Assembly: GCA_964016885.1 (NCBI GenBank)
Contig: OZ024742.1
Span: 304,482,001-304,546,000 of the forward strand
DNA: 64,000 bases
Reading direction: 5' to 3'
DNA from: Eledone cirrhosa
Lineage: Eukaryota
Shown piece after piece: positions 1 to 14,493 of the stretch. A program made the translations under genes and the position numbers. The first letter of the stretch is position 1. Every line of letters begins with the position of its first letter. A model generated the notes under the pieces. That model saw only the letters and a program-made list of their open reading frames with translations, was not told the origin of the DNA and did not search any database.

Positions 1-1465
1 AAGCTGTTCGATTTGTCCACCAGAAAAGGAACGTGTTCGATTGATGTGTTTCCCTTTTTTGTTTGATTTCTTTCTTTCGTGTTTTAACTACCGTTAACGC
101 TCTGTTATTTGAATCAAGCTGTATCGAATGAAAACATAATGATTCAACTTTAATCTATTAGTGATTGCAGGCTGAATCAAAGTTTGGCCGATTAACGCAC
201 ACATATATAGTACCTTATATTCCCTTACTGGTTGTGAACAACATTCTTAGATAAGTTACTAACCTTTTAATGGTTTAGTTTGTTTAGGTTTAAATAGATC
301 AGGAGTTTCCTAATTGTGTGTCTCGATTCTTTTGATTGTCGTTGATAATCTCTTGATGTGTCGCGAAACTAAATCAAATTTTACGAATATTTGACCCCGA
401 AATATATTTCAGCTATGTCAAATTTGTGTAAAATTAGCCTCGTCGTTTCTGAAAATTTTAATAAAATTTCATTGTTTGTTTATTAATTTCGTGTCACTAA
501 CAATATGTATTCAATATGAAAGGTGCAGAATGTTCAGAAATTGAGGTGTTGATTATATAGATGGTTTGCTATTAAGAAACTGGGGAGTACATATTTAACG
601 ATCGCAAGCCTAAGTATACATGTGCAAAAAGCAATAGAATGACATTTTTGCAATCAATATCACAGCAGATTTTCGAAAGGTTTCGAAGCACTCAGTCATT
701 TACACAGCTTTGACGAGTCAGACAACTCAATATTCTACGTCTAAACCGACGGAAGAACCATCGTTTCATCCATCCATCTAATCTATGAACAAAATTTAAG
801 GTTAGGACTTCGTTATGATTCATACTTATACCATCTCTAGAAAACAATCCACCGTGGAGGAAAAAGGAGAAATCACAATGAAATGCTCTATACATGTTTT
901 GAATTATATCCTGTGAGTTATCTTAAAGCGTAGCTTAACACTACAATTAATTCAGTAAGCTAGGATGACAATCCGCAGTTAGAGTGAAAGTGTGGAGGTT
1001 ATTAAGTGTTGTCTAGAAGATACATCATTTTTACTGGTCATTCTACGATTGATTTAAGATAATAGCTAATAACTGTGTAAGTATTGATTTCTTGCAAAAG
1101 CACAAAGACACATATCTAAGAGAAACAAACAGAAACTGAATAATGTTCATTCCTTCCCTACAGGGTATTAGTTGCGTAGACAATGTTGAGTAAACTATTG
1201 TTGTTTGGGACCTGCTTGGAAATCTTCCACTAATACTTGCTGCCTTAAGCAGCATTTTGTGTCATTTTTTGTTAATGTTTTAGAGGTTTTGTTGCTTGAA
1301 ATAGTCTACTATGTGTGAATCTTTGCATGTGTGTATGATTATGCGTGGTTGTAGGTAAATGTATTTGTGTGTATATCTCTGTTTGTGTGTTGTTGTATGT
1401 ATTTGTGCGTATATGTTGGCGCGTGTGTGGTTGTATATATTAATGTGCGTATATGGTTGTATTTC

Positions 1466-1467
<2 letters not shown>

Positions 1468-1558
<91 letters not shown>
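1468..1558. repeat. (TG)n microsatellite
   Basis: Direct reading. Confidence 0.98.
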
Positions 1559-1561
<3 letters not shown>

Positions 1562-2055
1562 CTTCTATGCAATTGTATGTCTGTGCGTGCTTATATATAT
1601 TTGTCTGTGTTCGTTTTAGTGCTGTTATTTTAATTTCACTAACGATCAGATGTAAACACAAACAAAAACTCAATAATATATTCAGTTATCTCCCTTCACA
1701 ACTTTCTAGGTTCAAATCAAGTTAAATTTGATTTTGCTTTCATCACTTCTAGGTCGATAAATTAAATATCAGTAAAAGTAATATATTCGATTCAATTGAC
1801 TATACTACTTGCACAAAACAAGAGTGGCTTTGTGCCAAAGCTAGAAACTAATATTGTATCGCCGAGGGAATGGACTAGAATTAAACTTTGAATCTCTTTA
1901 ATAAATAAGATACTGCGATTCTCAATCTTCTGTGTTCATAGTCTAAATCTAAATATCTCTATGATTGGTTCGCACATGTGTACCTTCTTGGCTTGCAATA
2001 TATATATATATATACGCACATGCGCGCGCACACACACACGTACACGCACATATAC

Positions 2056-2443
<388 letters not shown>

Positions 2444-4271
2444 ACACTAAGATAGCTTTAAACATAATAGAGGTTTATATGACAGCATAGACTATATGTT
2501 TATATACAATAACCATATGTGAGCCACGCTATCAAAGAACATTTTTTTTATTATGAATAGTCTCTCCTTTGGACTATTGATATGTCCCTGAAATCTCAGT
2601 AGCGGACGATAATGCCACACAGCTTTGAAAGTTTCGTTACATAGATTCAACCAGTAATAAAATGAAAACAGACAGGAGCCTATACAGATTTTGCGTGATG
2701 AACATTTGCTTGTGATATAGAAGCATATGTACACAGCCTTAAGGAATGGTTATGCTGTTTGCTTCGCAATTATTATACCATGGGATCGATCGCACTGCAT
2801 ATCGCTTTGAGCGATGTGATTTCTCATAAACCTCGCTTTAATCTTTGTTTTGTAAATGAAATTGGGTAAACAAAAATTGGTTGGAATCCCATCGGAGGAA
2901 AGGGACGTGTAGGTCAAAAGACCAACATTTTAACTATGTAGGCCTAAATCCCCTTGGTAATGACGTTACAAGTACAGGGTTCTTTGGAATGCTAAGTCAC
3001 CTACAGGTTAATTCCAGGATCACTGTGTTCCGTTGGTAGAACAAATGCAAGGCTAATCATCGAAACCAACGAAGGTTCATTCCAGTCCATTATACATATA
3101 TTCTATGAATGAATTGCTCGACGCTGTACTAGACTAGCAATAATTATATGGAATTGGCCTGTCCATACACAATCACACAAATCAAATCTATCTGACCAAT
3201 CTGATCATCTGTAAAATAGTAATATCTGCATCTATCTAAAGATTAATTCTATGTGGTGATGTTGCTATATCATTGCAGGAAACTTCTGGCTTTCTCTCTA
3301 AGTGGTGGTGTTAGCATCTTTCAGTCGCAATTTGGTCTTCGCGCTCATTGGAATTTGAATGATATATATACAGCAAAAAATGTATTTAATTCGGTGTATA
3401 CTATTCTCTAGACCTATAGTTATATATGCCAATCTATGTATACAAACACACACTCTAATGTGCATATACGGAGCTCAACCATCGGGGTCCTGAATCTTTT
3501 CATATATATATATATATTCATATAAATATACATATATGCATGCACAGAGTGGAGCTTTGCGAATTTTTTTATGGGCTTGATTTAAATCCATATCTATCTC
3601 ACTTGTTTTGCTTAATGACGGATATACATAATTTAAAGTGTAACCGTTTTAAATTCTATCCCCATTTATTCATGCATTCTACCTCATCCAAAGAACCGAT
3701 CTACTGTGATTCATAGGTGAAATGTCACTACAGGAATTTATCCAGGTATGACAATATAGAGAGAAACATACAAAGAATTAAACATACACATCATCGGGGA
3801 ATTGTTACAGAAACTACATACATATAACATTTAATATAATTTTATATCCTCTTCTAATGTAGTAAACCACTCAGACAAATGCTTCGTTGAACTCCAAACG
3901 AATTGTTATATCCCATGTGGTATAGCATTGAATTGCAAATCCCTTGTGAAAGGAGATAATATTAAAAACTAACGATGTTTCTATCCTGAACTTAAGTTGC
4001 CAGCACAAATAAAGTTGAATGTTTTCAGTTTCATGTAGGATTTGATGAGCGGTATTCCAATCTGCAGTATATTGTTTCCCTGAAATGGACAATATATCAA
4101 GTTTTAATATCAGATGCAAAGGTTTTACTAAGGTTCACTAAAGGAATTCTTATTTTTAATTTTGTTATTCTGTTTTAACGTTTATGTATGATACATAATC
4201 GATTATCAATAAAGATGCATATATAACATAAATTATTCAAAACATAGATATAGCTGGTTCCCTAACAATGG

Positions 4272-4391
<120 letters not shown>

Positions 4392-4754
4392 ATACAATAT
4401 ATATATATGTATTTGTGTGTGTGTGTGTATAGGAATATAGATATAGGTATGGAGATACAGATATAGAGATACAGAATGACACGGCAGTGTGATTATGGAA
4501 AACTCTTAGAACCATGGTGCTTTTTGATTCAGTCCTTTTGCACAGCAATGTGCACGTTTCTTCTACTAGAGCCTTGTGCAACCAAATATCCTATCAGAAA
4601 TAGTTGGTATGCGTTAACTGAAAAGCACTTCGTTATACGGAACAGGAAGGACAACCGTACGAACGCGCATGCGCAGAAATTGTCACTTCACACAGGCAAT
4701 ACTAAAAGCGTGCGAGAGGTGTAAGGGAGATAACTGCGAAAGTCCGAAAAGTTT

Positions 4755-5172
4755 CTAGTTGATAAGAAAATTAGGATGTTGTGATTCAATTCGGAGCTTT
4801 GTAGTTATGTAAGAGGTGTTCGAGACGTGTGGACAACGTGTGAAGAATTCTTTTCTTGTGTTTAGGCAATCACTATTGCATAATCTCTTTTGAATATTTA
4901 TTCGTTCATCAATACATAGTCCACTAGACGGATTTCCCCTTGCGTATGGCTTGGACTCAGTGATGGCTTTCCATTGAATGGAGTAGTCTATACTTGAGTC
5001 CTTGAGGGACCATACGTGACTCGCAAGTTTCGTGGATGAACGTCTCTCCGGGTACCTAAAGGTCGACTGGTGGTTCAGGAAGCGTTCCTTAAATCGGCCC
5101 TCCGCCATACCCACATAGGATTTGACCTCCTGTGGTTGGTTTGGTCGGTTGGTGGTAACCACAGCTTCATAA
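4755..5172 (-). pseudogene. PLE GIY-YIG endonuclease C-terminal fragment
   Basis: Translation YEAVVTT...SYVGMAEGRFKERFLNHQSTF...STKLASHVWSLK...IQWK...LCIDERINI...LNTRKEFFTRCPH has the YVG, R...H, catalytic E and N positions of PLE endonucleases. Clearly homologous to the ORF at 13443-14243. Confidence 0.85.
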
Positions 5173-5447
5173 AGCGGTGGTCAATTCCAATAGTGATTGC
5201 CTAAACACGAGAAATGAATTCTTCACATGTTGTCCAAACGTCTCGAAACACCTCTTACATAACTACAAAGCTCCGAATTGAATCACAACATCCTAATTTT
5301 CTTATCGACTAGAAACCTTTCGGACTTTCGCAGTTATCTCCCTTATACCTCTCGCACGCTTTTTAGTATTGCCTTTGTGAAGTGACAGTTTCTGCGCATG
5401 CGCGTTCGCACGGTATTCCTTCCTGTTCCGTATAACCATGTCCATTA

Positions 5448-5485
5448 CGAGATGAGGATCCGCTAAGGTGAAACAATTGTTCTCG
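5448..5485 (+). ncRNA. Degenerate minimal hammerhead ribozyme motif
   Basis: CGAG-ATGAGGA-tccgctaaggt-GAAA-CAATTG-TT-CTCG: stem I CGAG/CTCG, palindromic stem III, core C3 changed to A. Confidence 0.5.
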
Positions 5486-5567
5486 GTATAGTGAACTAAC
5501 TGTTGTGTAACCACTTCTCGCTCTCTCTCTATATATATATATACATATATACACACACACACACATA

Positions 5568-5622
5568 TATTCTTTTACCTGTTTCAGCCATCCGGCTGAG
5601 GCCATGCTGGGGCACCGCCCTT
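5568..5622 (-). mobile_element. Retroposon (SINE/LINE-type) 3' tail fragment fused downstream of tRNA-His
   Basis: Minus strand AAGGGCGGTGCCCCAGCATGGCC-TCAGCC-GGAT-GGCTGA-AACAGGTAAAAGAATA: a stem-loop followed by an A-rich end. Resembles a common octopus SINE/LINE 3' terminus (recognised from memory). Confidence 0.6.
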
Positions 5623-5634
5623 AAACATGGAGGC

Positions 5635-5706
5635 TGCCGTGACCAGGATTCGAACCTGGGTTACCACGGCCACAACGTGGGGTCCTAACCACTAGACGAT
5701 CACGGC
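5635..5706 (-). tRNA. trnH-GTG: tRNA-His (GTG anticodon), intact cloverleaf
   Basis: Reverse complement reads GCCGTGATCGTCTAGTGGTTAGGACCCCACGTTGTGGCCGTGGTAACCCAGGTTCGAATCCTGGTCACGGCA (72 nt): acceptor stem GCCGTGA/TCACGGC, D-loop AGTGG, anticodon GTG, T-loop TTCGAAT. No intron and no encoded CCA. Confidence 0.95.
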
Positions 5707-6761
5707 TATATCAGACTGAATCTTATGCAGTAAGGTTATTTTCCAATCTAATAGACACTAAAGACAGAGGAATTAACAGATATGGTGTTTATAAAATTGA
5801 AGTTCATTGCAATCCTCATTGGTTCACATTTTTACGAAAAAAATGTATATATTTCAATGAAGAATATATGAAGGCTGGTTAACTATAACATATTTTATTG
5901 CTCCATCATACGTATTTCTATGGCTAATCAATTACAATATCAGACTATGACGCAATACAATCGGTGACGGCATTAGAATATAAATGTAAATTTAGGGAAT
6001 TAATATTTACTGGGAGCACAACAAAAATATGAAAGTTCAACATCTATGATGGAAGATACACAAGACATTGAGTGCAATTTGCTTATTATACCAAGAGCTG
6101 CTGATCGGAATCACAATCAAGAATTGAATATTACAACTTACTGGTGAAAATGTTCCTCTTGCAATGTTAGTTTAAGCTACACATAGACGATGGGAAGAAA
6201 GGAAATGTGAATATCCTAGGATGACTAAAAAGGAATCAGAAGGCAATATATAGTTTTAAAAGCAATAGAAATTAGGAAAAATAAACACAGAGATTTTTAC
6301 CATATAGACGTGAATTTGAAAAGGAAATCCTTGAAATATTCTACTGAATTTATGAAGTAGCACGTCATCATTTTATTGATTTTGCAGTTGCTTAGCCCTA
6401 GTTCAATACTGATCTAGCAGATCTATGATCAACAGCATTCCAGCCATGATCATCGCGTCCTTGTTCATGGGTATGTGATGTTACATGAAATAAAATTATA
6501 TTAACTAATATACAATTTCCCGAATAAAGACGGCTGGATGGGATTTCATGGATGTTGGTGTTCTTTTTTTTGCAGATCATGCAAGGATGTTCAATGTATT
6601 GTTAGATACTGTCAAAGTCTTTGGTATACCACCAATGTTTCTAGATTAATCTTGAGAAAAACTTTAAAATATTGAATAAATCTTCAATAGTTTAAAATTT
6701 CATACATTCATTGGCTGGTATTTATTCTTTCATTAAAAAACGGTTTTTTTTCGTTCTTTTG

Positions 6762-6805
<44 letters not shown>

Positions 6806-7196
6806 TGTGTACAATGTTAGTTATCCCTTATAATTTAAGAACTCCATTTGAACTTTTAGTACATGTTTTTATTTCGGTCAAACAACGCACTTTGAATAAC
6901 TCTTTCGTCAATGTTACATGTTCAGAAATACTTTCAATATAACATTTCTTATACTGCACGGCGAGACGCATTTCTTTCACTGAAAGAAAATAATGATGAT
7001 AGATTGGATGATGATCATGATGATGAATATCATGATAATAATAATGATAGGAAAAAAAGAAAAATAATAATAATAGTAATAATAATAATTTTATTGTTGT
7101 TTTCTAAGGAAAGGCTTATATAAACGGAAACATATATTTAATCATTACTCTAAACTTATAAACTCATATACACATTATGACCTCAACCACATTGAG

Positions 7197-7227
<31 letters not shown>

Positions 7228-7287
7228 ATAACAGATTAAAGTTTAAGCAAAGAATCGCTGGATTTTAGTCTTCACATTTATTATTAT

Positions 7288-7370
<83 letters not shown>

Positions 7371-7638
7371 TCCATATACAAATATACATTTCCTTTCTAT
7401 TCTTGAAGTTTTCGTATTTGTGTCGAAACTGTGGTCGGCTACATTTGTCAAAGCCGGAATTTATATATATATATATATATACATGCATATATATGGGTAT
7501 GCGTGTATGTTTCTTCACGAGCATACATATATGTATGTGTGTGTATCTATAACATTGCATTTGAAGGAGAAGATATATATATATATATACATATATAGAT
7601 ATATATATATACATATATATATACACACATATATATAT

Positions 7639-7757
<119 letters not shown>

Positions 7758-7758
7758 C

Positions 7759-7805
<47 letters not shown>

Positions 7806-8195
7806 ATTTCACTACTTCCTTACACAGATAACCTTTTTATATGTTTCAACTACAATTACATCAGTAGTAGTCAAACTAACATTACACCTCACCGCTCTTT
7901 CTTTAACACAACCAGCTTCCTTTGCTTCTATTTATTTATATATGTTTTTTTTATTTCTCTTCACATGTAGTTCACGAAAATGTCTTTTTATCGAATATAC
8001 ACAGCGTCTATTCACTCATCCATTCATTCATTCGCATACAGAAATATGATTCAATTTCAGCTTGCTTTCTTCTTTTTTCTTCTTCGAAGTTTTTTTTTTT
8101 TCACTTTCTTCTGTGTCTTCTGTTCTCTCAAGCCCTCTCTCTCTCTCTCCCCCTCTCTTTCTCTATCTATCTATCTATATCTATCTCCTACTCTC

Positions 8196-8233
<38 letters not shown>

Positions 8234-8253
8234 CACACGTACACATATGAATG

Positions 8254-8284
<31 letters not shown>

Positions 8285-9100
8285 TTCTGTGTCTGTGTGT
8301 ACCTGCGTGAGTGTATGTCTGTCGCTTTTTCTACTCTGACCTCTCTTAGACACCTCTTTTGCTTATTTTTATCTCACGTGTATGCTTCTGTATTTCCTAA
8401 TCTCACTCCCATTTACATTTCTCCCTCTGTAACATGAGGTCTTTTTTTAGCCTTCTATTATTTTGTTTTTCTGTTTTCCAATATATATATATATATATAT
8501 ATTTATATACATATGTACACTGGTATTTCTCTCTCTCTATATATATATATATATCTTTACATATACACACATGCACATGCACACCCTTACAAATGCAAAC
8601 ACATATAAATACGTATATATTTATACATTGTTAAATCGGTGTGGTGGGTACAGAATTATTTCTGAGTTCAACTGTAATATAGCACCTATGTTTTTTCTCA
8701 CTCATTTCCCCATTTACTTTCATATGTTAGTATATATGCTCCTGTTTTCAGCTTTTCATGCGTTCACCCATTCCTACCTTCACATTCAAATACAGATTTA
8801 TATATCAGTTACAGTACGTTTCATATAGGAATGCCCACTCATAACATTCACACACACTCGCAGCCACGCCAATACACACACACGCGCGCGCGCACACACA
8901 CGCACACACCTATATATATGGGTATGTATGTGTGTATATGATGTGTGTTTCTGTGTTTGATGTATGCGTATGTGGCTTTATTTATAAGATGCTGGAACTT
9001 GGCTCAACAAAGTATATGATTTTTGCTTATAAATAGGCTTGAAAATGGTGGTGATGATTAAACGCCACTAAATATAATATAATATAATATATATATATTA

Positions 9101-9150
<50 letters not shown>

Positions 9151-9899
9151 TCTCCCTCAAATGCAATGCCAAATCATAGCTATTTAAATTGTGTACAGAC
9201 ATGTGTAAAGTTGTTACAATACTTGCTGAACTGTCAGTCATATGTCCTTTCAGAAAGTGACGTTGTTATGTTTGCCTTCGTGGCAATTAAATACGTTTCA
9301 AGAATATAAACTGTTTTCATCAGTATTATTAACTCTGATATCACTGTTTACGGAAATTTCATTGGAAAATATACCTGTCTTCATATATATTGATAGTATG
9401 TTATGTAGGAATGAATGTCTAGTTGATGAAATTACCAATAATAATAAGAATATTCAGGGATATATTTAGATAAATTACAAAATGGTCTCAACTATATTAA
9501 TTAATTGACACTAGAATATATATTTATAATACGCATTTTAGCTCGTTCGTTTTATGGTTATAAACATGGACACTATACAGATAAAATGTCACACAAACCT
9601 CGACAGTAGCCGAGGGCCAGATTTCAACAACTAGATGTTTTCATATGAACGTCTCGCTCTGGCGTGATAATGGAAAATCGAAAAAGACATCTGACCGCAC
9701 TTGACTGGAATTTCCGAATATGGCAATGTGGACATGTACAAACCGCATTGAATATAGTATTAAATAGCCCAGCAATTAGTGATAACGTACATACACTAGC
9801 ATTTAAAGTGATCCAGTACACATAGCCGGTTAGTGAAAATCGAACGCAATGTCTAAAGTGACCAGATGGCAAATATTGCTTTGAACTTTGATAAATAAT

Positions 9900-10082
9900 T
9901 GTTTCTACTTTGGGCACAAGGCCAGCAATTATCTCAGTGCATTACTGGTACTTTATTTTATCGACCCCGTAAGGATGAAAGGCAAAGTTAACCTCGGCAG
10001 GATTTGAACTCAGACCGTAAAGAGGCGTAACTCTATGCTGCAAAGCATGCTGTCCAACCCTTTACTGATACTGCCAATCTAC
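9900..10082 (-). mobile_element. tRNA-derived SINE with 14-bp target-site duplication
   Basis: A/B boxes plus the CTTTCATCCTTACGGGGTCGATAAAATAAAGTACCAG core. TSD CTTTGATAAATAAT at 9886-9899 and 10083-10096. Confidence 0.9.
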
Positions 10083-10285
10083 CTTTGATAAATAATAAGC
10101 GTAAGGTTGAAGTTAATATCTTATGCATGGTGCAACCGTGAAAGCTCTCTTGTAACGTAATAGATTTAGTAGTAAAGCCACAGTTAGTATGGAACATAAA
10201 CTACGTCCAGTGTCTATTATAATTTCGCATTTTTCAACATCTTATAATTGGAAGATGGAATATGGAAAATATGTGGAAGCTCATC

Positions 10286-10346
<61 letters not shown>

Positions 10347-10457
10347 AATATATATATATGTATATATATATATATAGAGAGAGAGGGGGAGAGAGAGAAA
10401 GATATATATATATATTATGTCAGACGCATGCATATATTCATATATTATATCACACAA

Positions 10458-10517
<60 letters not shown>

Positions 10518-10892
10518 CTACTTACGTGTGTTTGTATGTGCATGTGTTTTCATTTGAGAACGTGATGTATTCATCAGCATTGCGTTTCAAATATTCATTC
10601 TTTCAAAATTAATTGAATTTTTTTCACGTGTATACTTACATTGGGACACATTCCAATCAATATGGAAAGATTCGGATAATATTGTAATCTTGGCAAACAC
10701 AACTCATCTAACGCCGTTAAATTCCGATTCCCACTTCAGTTTCATGTATCATACGAGATCGGATTAAATCTAACACTGAAAATTATTCCATGAGAAAATA
10801 TCTCAAGTATAGATGTAGAACTGATATATTCAACAACGTTGTATCAAAATGATTGGAAAATATTTCACACTCTGAAACATGATCATCTGTTG

Positions 10893-10929
<37 letters not shown>

Positions 10930-10967
10930 GGGGGGGGGGGTCGTACATTCCATTCTTGCTCTCCCTC

Positions 10968-11012
<45 letters not shown>

Positions 11013-11739
11013 TAAATTTAGCGAGAATCGCAATTCGGCGGATAGAAATTAGCGAAATGCAACTTCCATATTGTGCAGACAAGCGCTCCATGGATATGAA
11101 GAAGATGATACCAGAGATATAAACATAAGTTAAAATGGTCATACACGCTGAGACGATGGTTAAGAAGCCATTAACCACCATAGCCAAAAAAGTGAACAAG
11201 CTAAACGGGTCAAACAAAATGAGATATGATTGAAATATTTACCAGAACCCCCGGGGAAGATGGAATACTCCGAAATTGGGTTTCTGCAACACCTAAATCA
11301 ATAATACTGTCTGCTTATAAAAAATAACCTGTTGGTATAATGATCAAACAAGGCATATATATATATACATATATATACATATATATACATATATTATGGA
11401 AATAAGGAAAAATTAGACAAGTCTTGCTGAATATTGAAGAAGAATTTATTGATGCTGGAGATTTACTAACTCGCATTTCATCGCAGTTACGTAACGGCCT
11501 AGATTTATATTATTATGTAATCCACTGAATTCCAATTCACTGCCTCTTTCCTTTTTGTTACGCACATCCACTATACATTATAATAACGTATAGCTGCTGC
11601 AAGAAACGAAAACCTACACTATATATCTGTATATATAGCAATCATGCGATTAACGCGTGGGGTTAAGTTCGTCATATCGGACCTTGGAAACAATGTTTTC
11701 ATTGCCCTTTCCAATTGCCAATACTATTTAGGCAGAAGG

Positions 11740-11857
11740 AGAAACAGGAAATAAAGTGTCTCCCTCAAGGACATAACGCATCGCCTGGTTCGGAAATCGA
11801 ACTCAACCTCACGATTGCGAATCCAATTCTCTAACCACCCAGCCACGGGCCTTCACA
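11740..11857 (-). mobile_element. Second tRNA-derived SINE family, 5' portion
   Basis: Minus strand GTGAAGGCCCGTGGCTGGGTGGTTAGAG...GAGTTCGATTTCC...TGTCCTTGAGGGAGACACTTTATTTC: tRNA head followed by a conserved central box. Confidence 0.7.
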
Positions 11858-11877
11858 AATCTGTGTGTATATATGTA

Positions 11878-12047
<170 letters not shown>

Positions 12048-12193
12048 TTTTGAGTTTATGTTGGTTGTATACCAACACCTCAGTATGCAGGCTGGAGCAC
12101 TCGACGAAGTGCGCAGGTTGGTTTGGTTACTCCGGAGTAGTGTAAAATAAAGTTAAATAAAAGTCAAATGATTAAAATTTAGCTTCGTTTATT

Positions 12194-12248
12194 ACTGCTA
12201 TATATATTTCAGTGACAGCCATCTTTGGCTGTGACCTCTTCAGGCAGT
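12194..12248 (-). ncRNA. Minimal type I hammerhead ribozyme in PLE pseudo-LTR
   Basis: Reverse complement: ACTGC-CTGAAGA-g GTCACAGCCA aaga TGGCTGTCAC t-GAAA-TATATA-TA-GCAGT. Confidence 0.85.
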
Positions 12249-13304
12249 TTGAATTAGTATGGTATAGACAAGTACATATGTTGTTTAGGTGTATTATATT
12301 GTCAATACTCTGATATGCCCAGTTCCTTGTTGGGTTGTTAATTCACTGGGGAACTGGAGTCATATGAATTCAAACAAACGAATTTTAGTGTCACAGGTCC
12401 CCTTCTCCTCTCATTGGTCAGTTATTAGTGTTGTCATTGTTGGAGTTAGCTTAAAAATTGATAAAATGGTAGAAGGGACAAGGTGTTGAAGGAACAAAAT
12501 ATCAAAAAATGTGTCAAACTTCCCATTGTTCAGTTCTGAGAGCATTCCTCAGTCAGAAGTCTATAGAATTCTTTCTGGGGTGAGGCTCCCTGTAGTGTTT
12601 ATGCCTGCTATTGTTCAGTACATTTGACCTCGACCATTATTTTGGTACTGTTGTTGTTGTAGTGGTCAGCTTATATCTTGCTGCTGCTAACAGTTTAGAA
12701 GTATTCAGTTTGTGTTTTCTCTTCATCCCACCCGCCACCATCGTAGTGGTGGTGGCGGGGGGGGGGGGGGTTATTTCATGTATATGAAGAAATATAAGGC
12801 AATAAATGAAGAAAACAGAAGATAAATAAATAATATAATAAAATAAAATAATTAATATAATTTGTGTAATTTGAAAATAAATAAATAAATAGAGAATAAA
12901 GAATAAAGAGTAAATGAGAGATTGGTGAAAAAGTAATGATAATGTATATGGAGAAGTGAGAAATAATGTAGGATAAAGTGTGTGTGTGTGTGTGCTATAA
13001 CCAATCTCAAGGTCAGAATATGTTGGATAGATTGGTATGATACAAGATGTTAAGATGAGATATTCAATGTAATTGTGTTATAATCTATCTCAACTTAAAA
13101 TAAATATAAATATAAGGTTATACAGTGAAGAGGGCAGAAAACAAATAACAAATTAATAAAGAGAAATCAAGATTTAAGATTGGAACTTTAAAGTCAGAAA
13201 TCTGGTAAATTAAAAGTGTTTGTGTTATAGATGTTGGCCAGATTATTATGGCTGTGTCCGATTCTGTCTCTAGGCTATCATGGTGTCTGCTCCGTCTGGG
13301 TTGT

Positions 13305-13460
13305 TCCCTATGGCTTGAGGGGAGTTCACAACCTAGGGTGTTGTAATTGTCCATATAGCTTGAGGGAGGTCTGGCCGAGAGGTGTTTTCATGTTCTGTAG
13401 AAGTCCCTATAGCTTGAGGGGAGTTCACATCTTCTTGTGTTGCTACTGTCCATATATTTT
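13305..13460. repeat. Short imperfect tandem repeats in the PLE 3' UTR
   Basis: Three recurrences of TAT(A/G)GCTTGAGGG, two followed by GAGTTCACA and later TGTCCATATA. Confidence 0.6.
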
Positions 13461-14243
13461 GAGAAAGGTCCCGGCTCTAAGGTGTCTGCATGTCCCGAAG
13501 AAGTCGGTTCTGAGGTTTATCAGGCCGCTTCCACCTCTTAGTATCTCGAGGGTCTCGTTCAGGCATAGTTTGCATATGCAAGATCCCCCTTTATCGGGTG
13601 GTACTTTCCTGATTATGTCCCAGGCCAGAGAGTATGGGGTCCTGTCCAGCTTAAGCTTCCAGATCAGGTCGGAGAGAGCTGTGCTTTTCCTTTTGGCCTC
13701 CTTCTTGAATGAATGGCGATGGTTGTACCAGCGGTCCTTAAAGCTCGTTGATGTGGCTCCTATGTAGAGGTGTTCGGAGTTGGGGGTTTTAACCCTACAA
13801 CCGTACACTATGTTCTTCTTGAGACATTCATTACCAAGGGGGCATGATTCGGGGTTTCTACAGTTGCAGAGGGTGGGCGGCCTCTGCGTGCTTAGATTAG
13901 GGTTCTCATTATGTGTTACATGTTGGTCTTCCCCCATGCTCGGTGGGGGGTCCTTGGGTCTGTTTGTGTTTCTTGGGTGGGCTCTGGGTCCCCCCTTTCC
14001 TCCTTTCACATGGTTCTGCTGAGTGTTTGTATTGCCATCTTCTGGTTGTGTGTGGTTTTTAAGCCTACTTCTGTTGATGCTAGCTATGTGTTGGGCCAAG
14101 TTTCTCGTGGTGGAATACGAGAGCTTCACAGTGTGTCTGTTGAAGATCCTGTGGTATCCGTGGTCCCTCGGGAAGCATTTGTCAAGTGCTCCAAAGAACA
14201 ATCGGGCCAAGCTTTTCTTTAGGGCCGCTGAGTAGGGTGGGTT
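13443..14243 (-). CDS. PLE polyprotein C-terminus: thumb/linker + Cys-rich motif + GIY-YIG endonuclease (5'-truncated)
   Basis: In-frame NPPYS...LDKCFP...RIFNRHTVKLSYS linker, CNCRNPESCPLGNEC Cys motif, IVY...YIG...FKDRWYNH, CKLCLNE...LIN...CRH. The frame is cut at the inverted-repeat junction (14243). Confidence 0.9.
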   Translation of the reverse strand, partial: NPPYSAALKKSLARLFFGALDKCFPRDHGYHRIFNRHTVKLSYSTTRNLAQHIASINRSRLKNHTQPEDGNTNTQQNHVKGGKGGPRAHPRNTNRPKDPPPSMGEDQHVTHNENPNLSTQRPPTLCNCRNPESCPLGNECLKKNIVYGCRVKTPNSEHLYIGATSTSFKDRWYNHRHSFKKEAKRKSTALSDLIWKLKLDRTPYSLAWDIIRKVPPDKGGSCICKLCLNETLEILRGGSGLINLRTDFFGTCRHLRAGTFLKIYGQ

Positions 14244-14493
14244 TTTGTTCCTTCAACACCTTGTCCCTTCTACGATTTTATCAATTTTTAAGCTAACTCC
14301 AACAATGACAACACTAATAACTGACCAATGAGAGGAGAAGGGGACCTGTGACACTAAAATTCGTTTGTTTGAATTCATATGACTCCAGTTCCCCAGTGAA
14401 TTAACAACCCAACAAGGAACTGGGCATATCAGAGTATTGACAATATCATACACCTAAACAACATATGTACTTGTCTATACCATACTAATTCAA

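Larger units (their letters stand above)
4632..5520 (-). mobile_element. 5'-truncated Penelope-like element with inverted pseudo-LTR
   Basis: GIY-YIG ORF fragment 4755-5172; inverted repeat 4632-4878 / 5188-5436; degenerate hammerhead just beyond the right arm; microsatellites on both sides. Confidence 0.85.

Noticed and set aside
9285-10580. CTGATGA...GAAA spacings on the minus strand near 9296-9323 and 10548-10577
   Set aside because: Stems I and II do not pair; expected by chance in AT-rich DNA.
12289-14453. Twin 66-aa ORFs at 12289-12489 and 14253-14453
   Set aside because: By-product of the inverted repeat, antisense to the PLE UTR.
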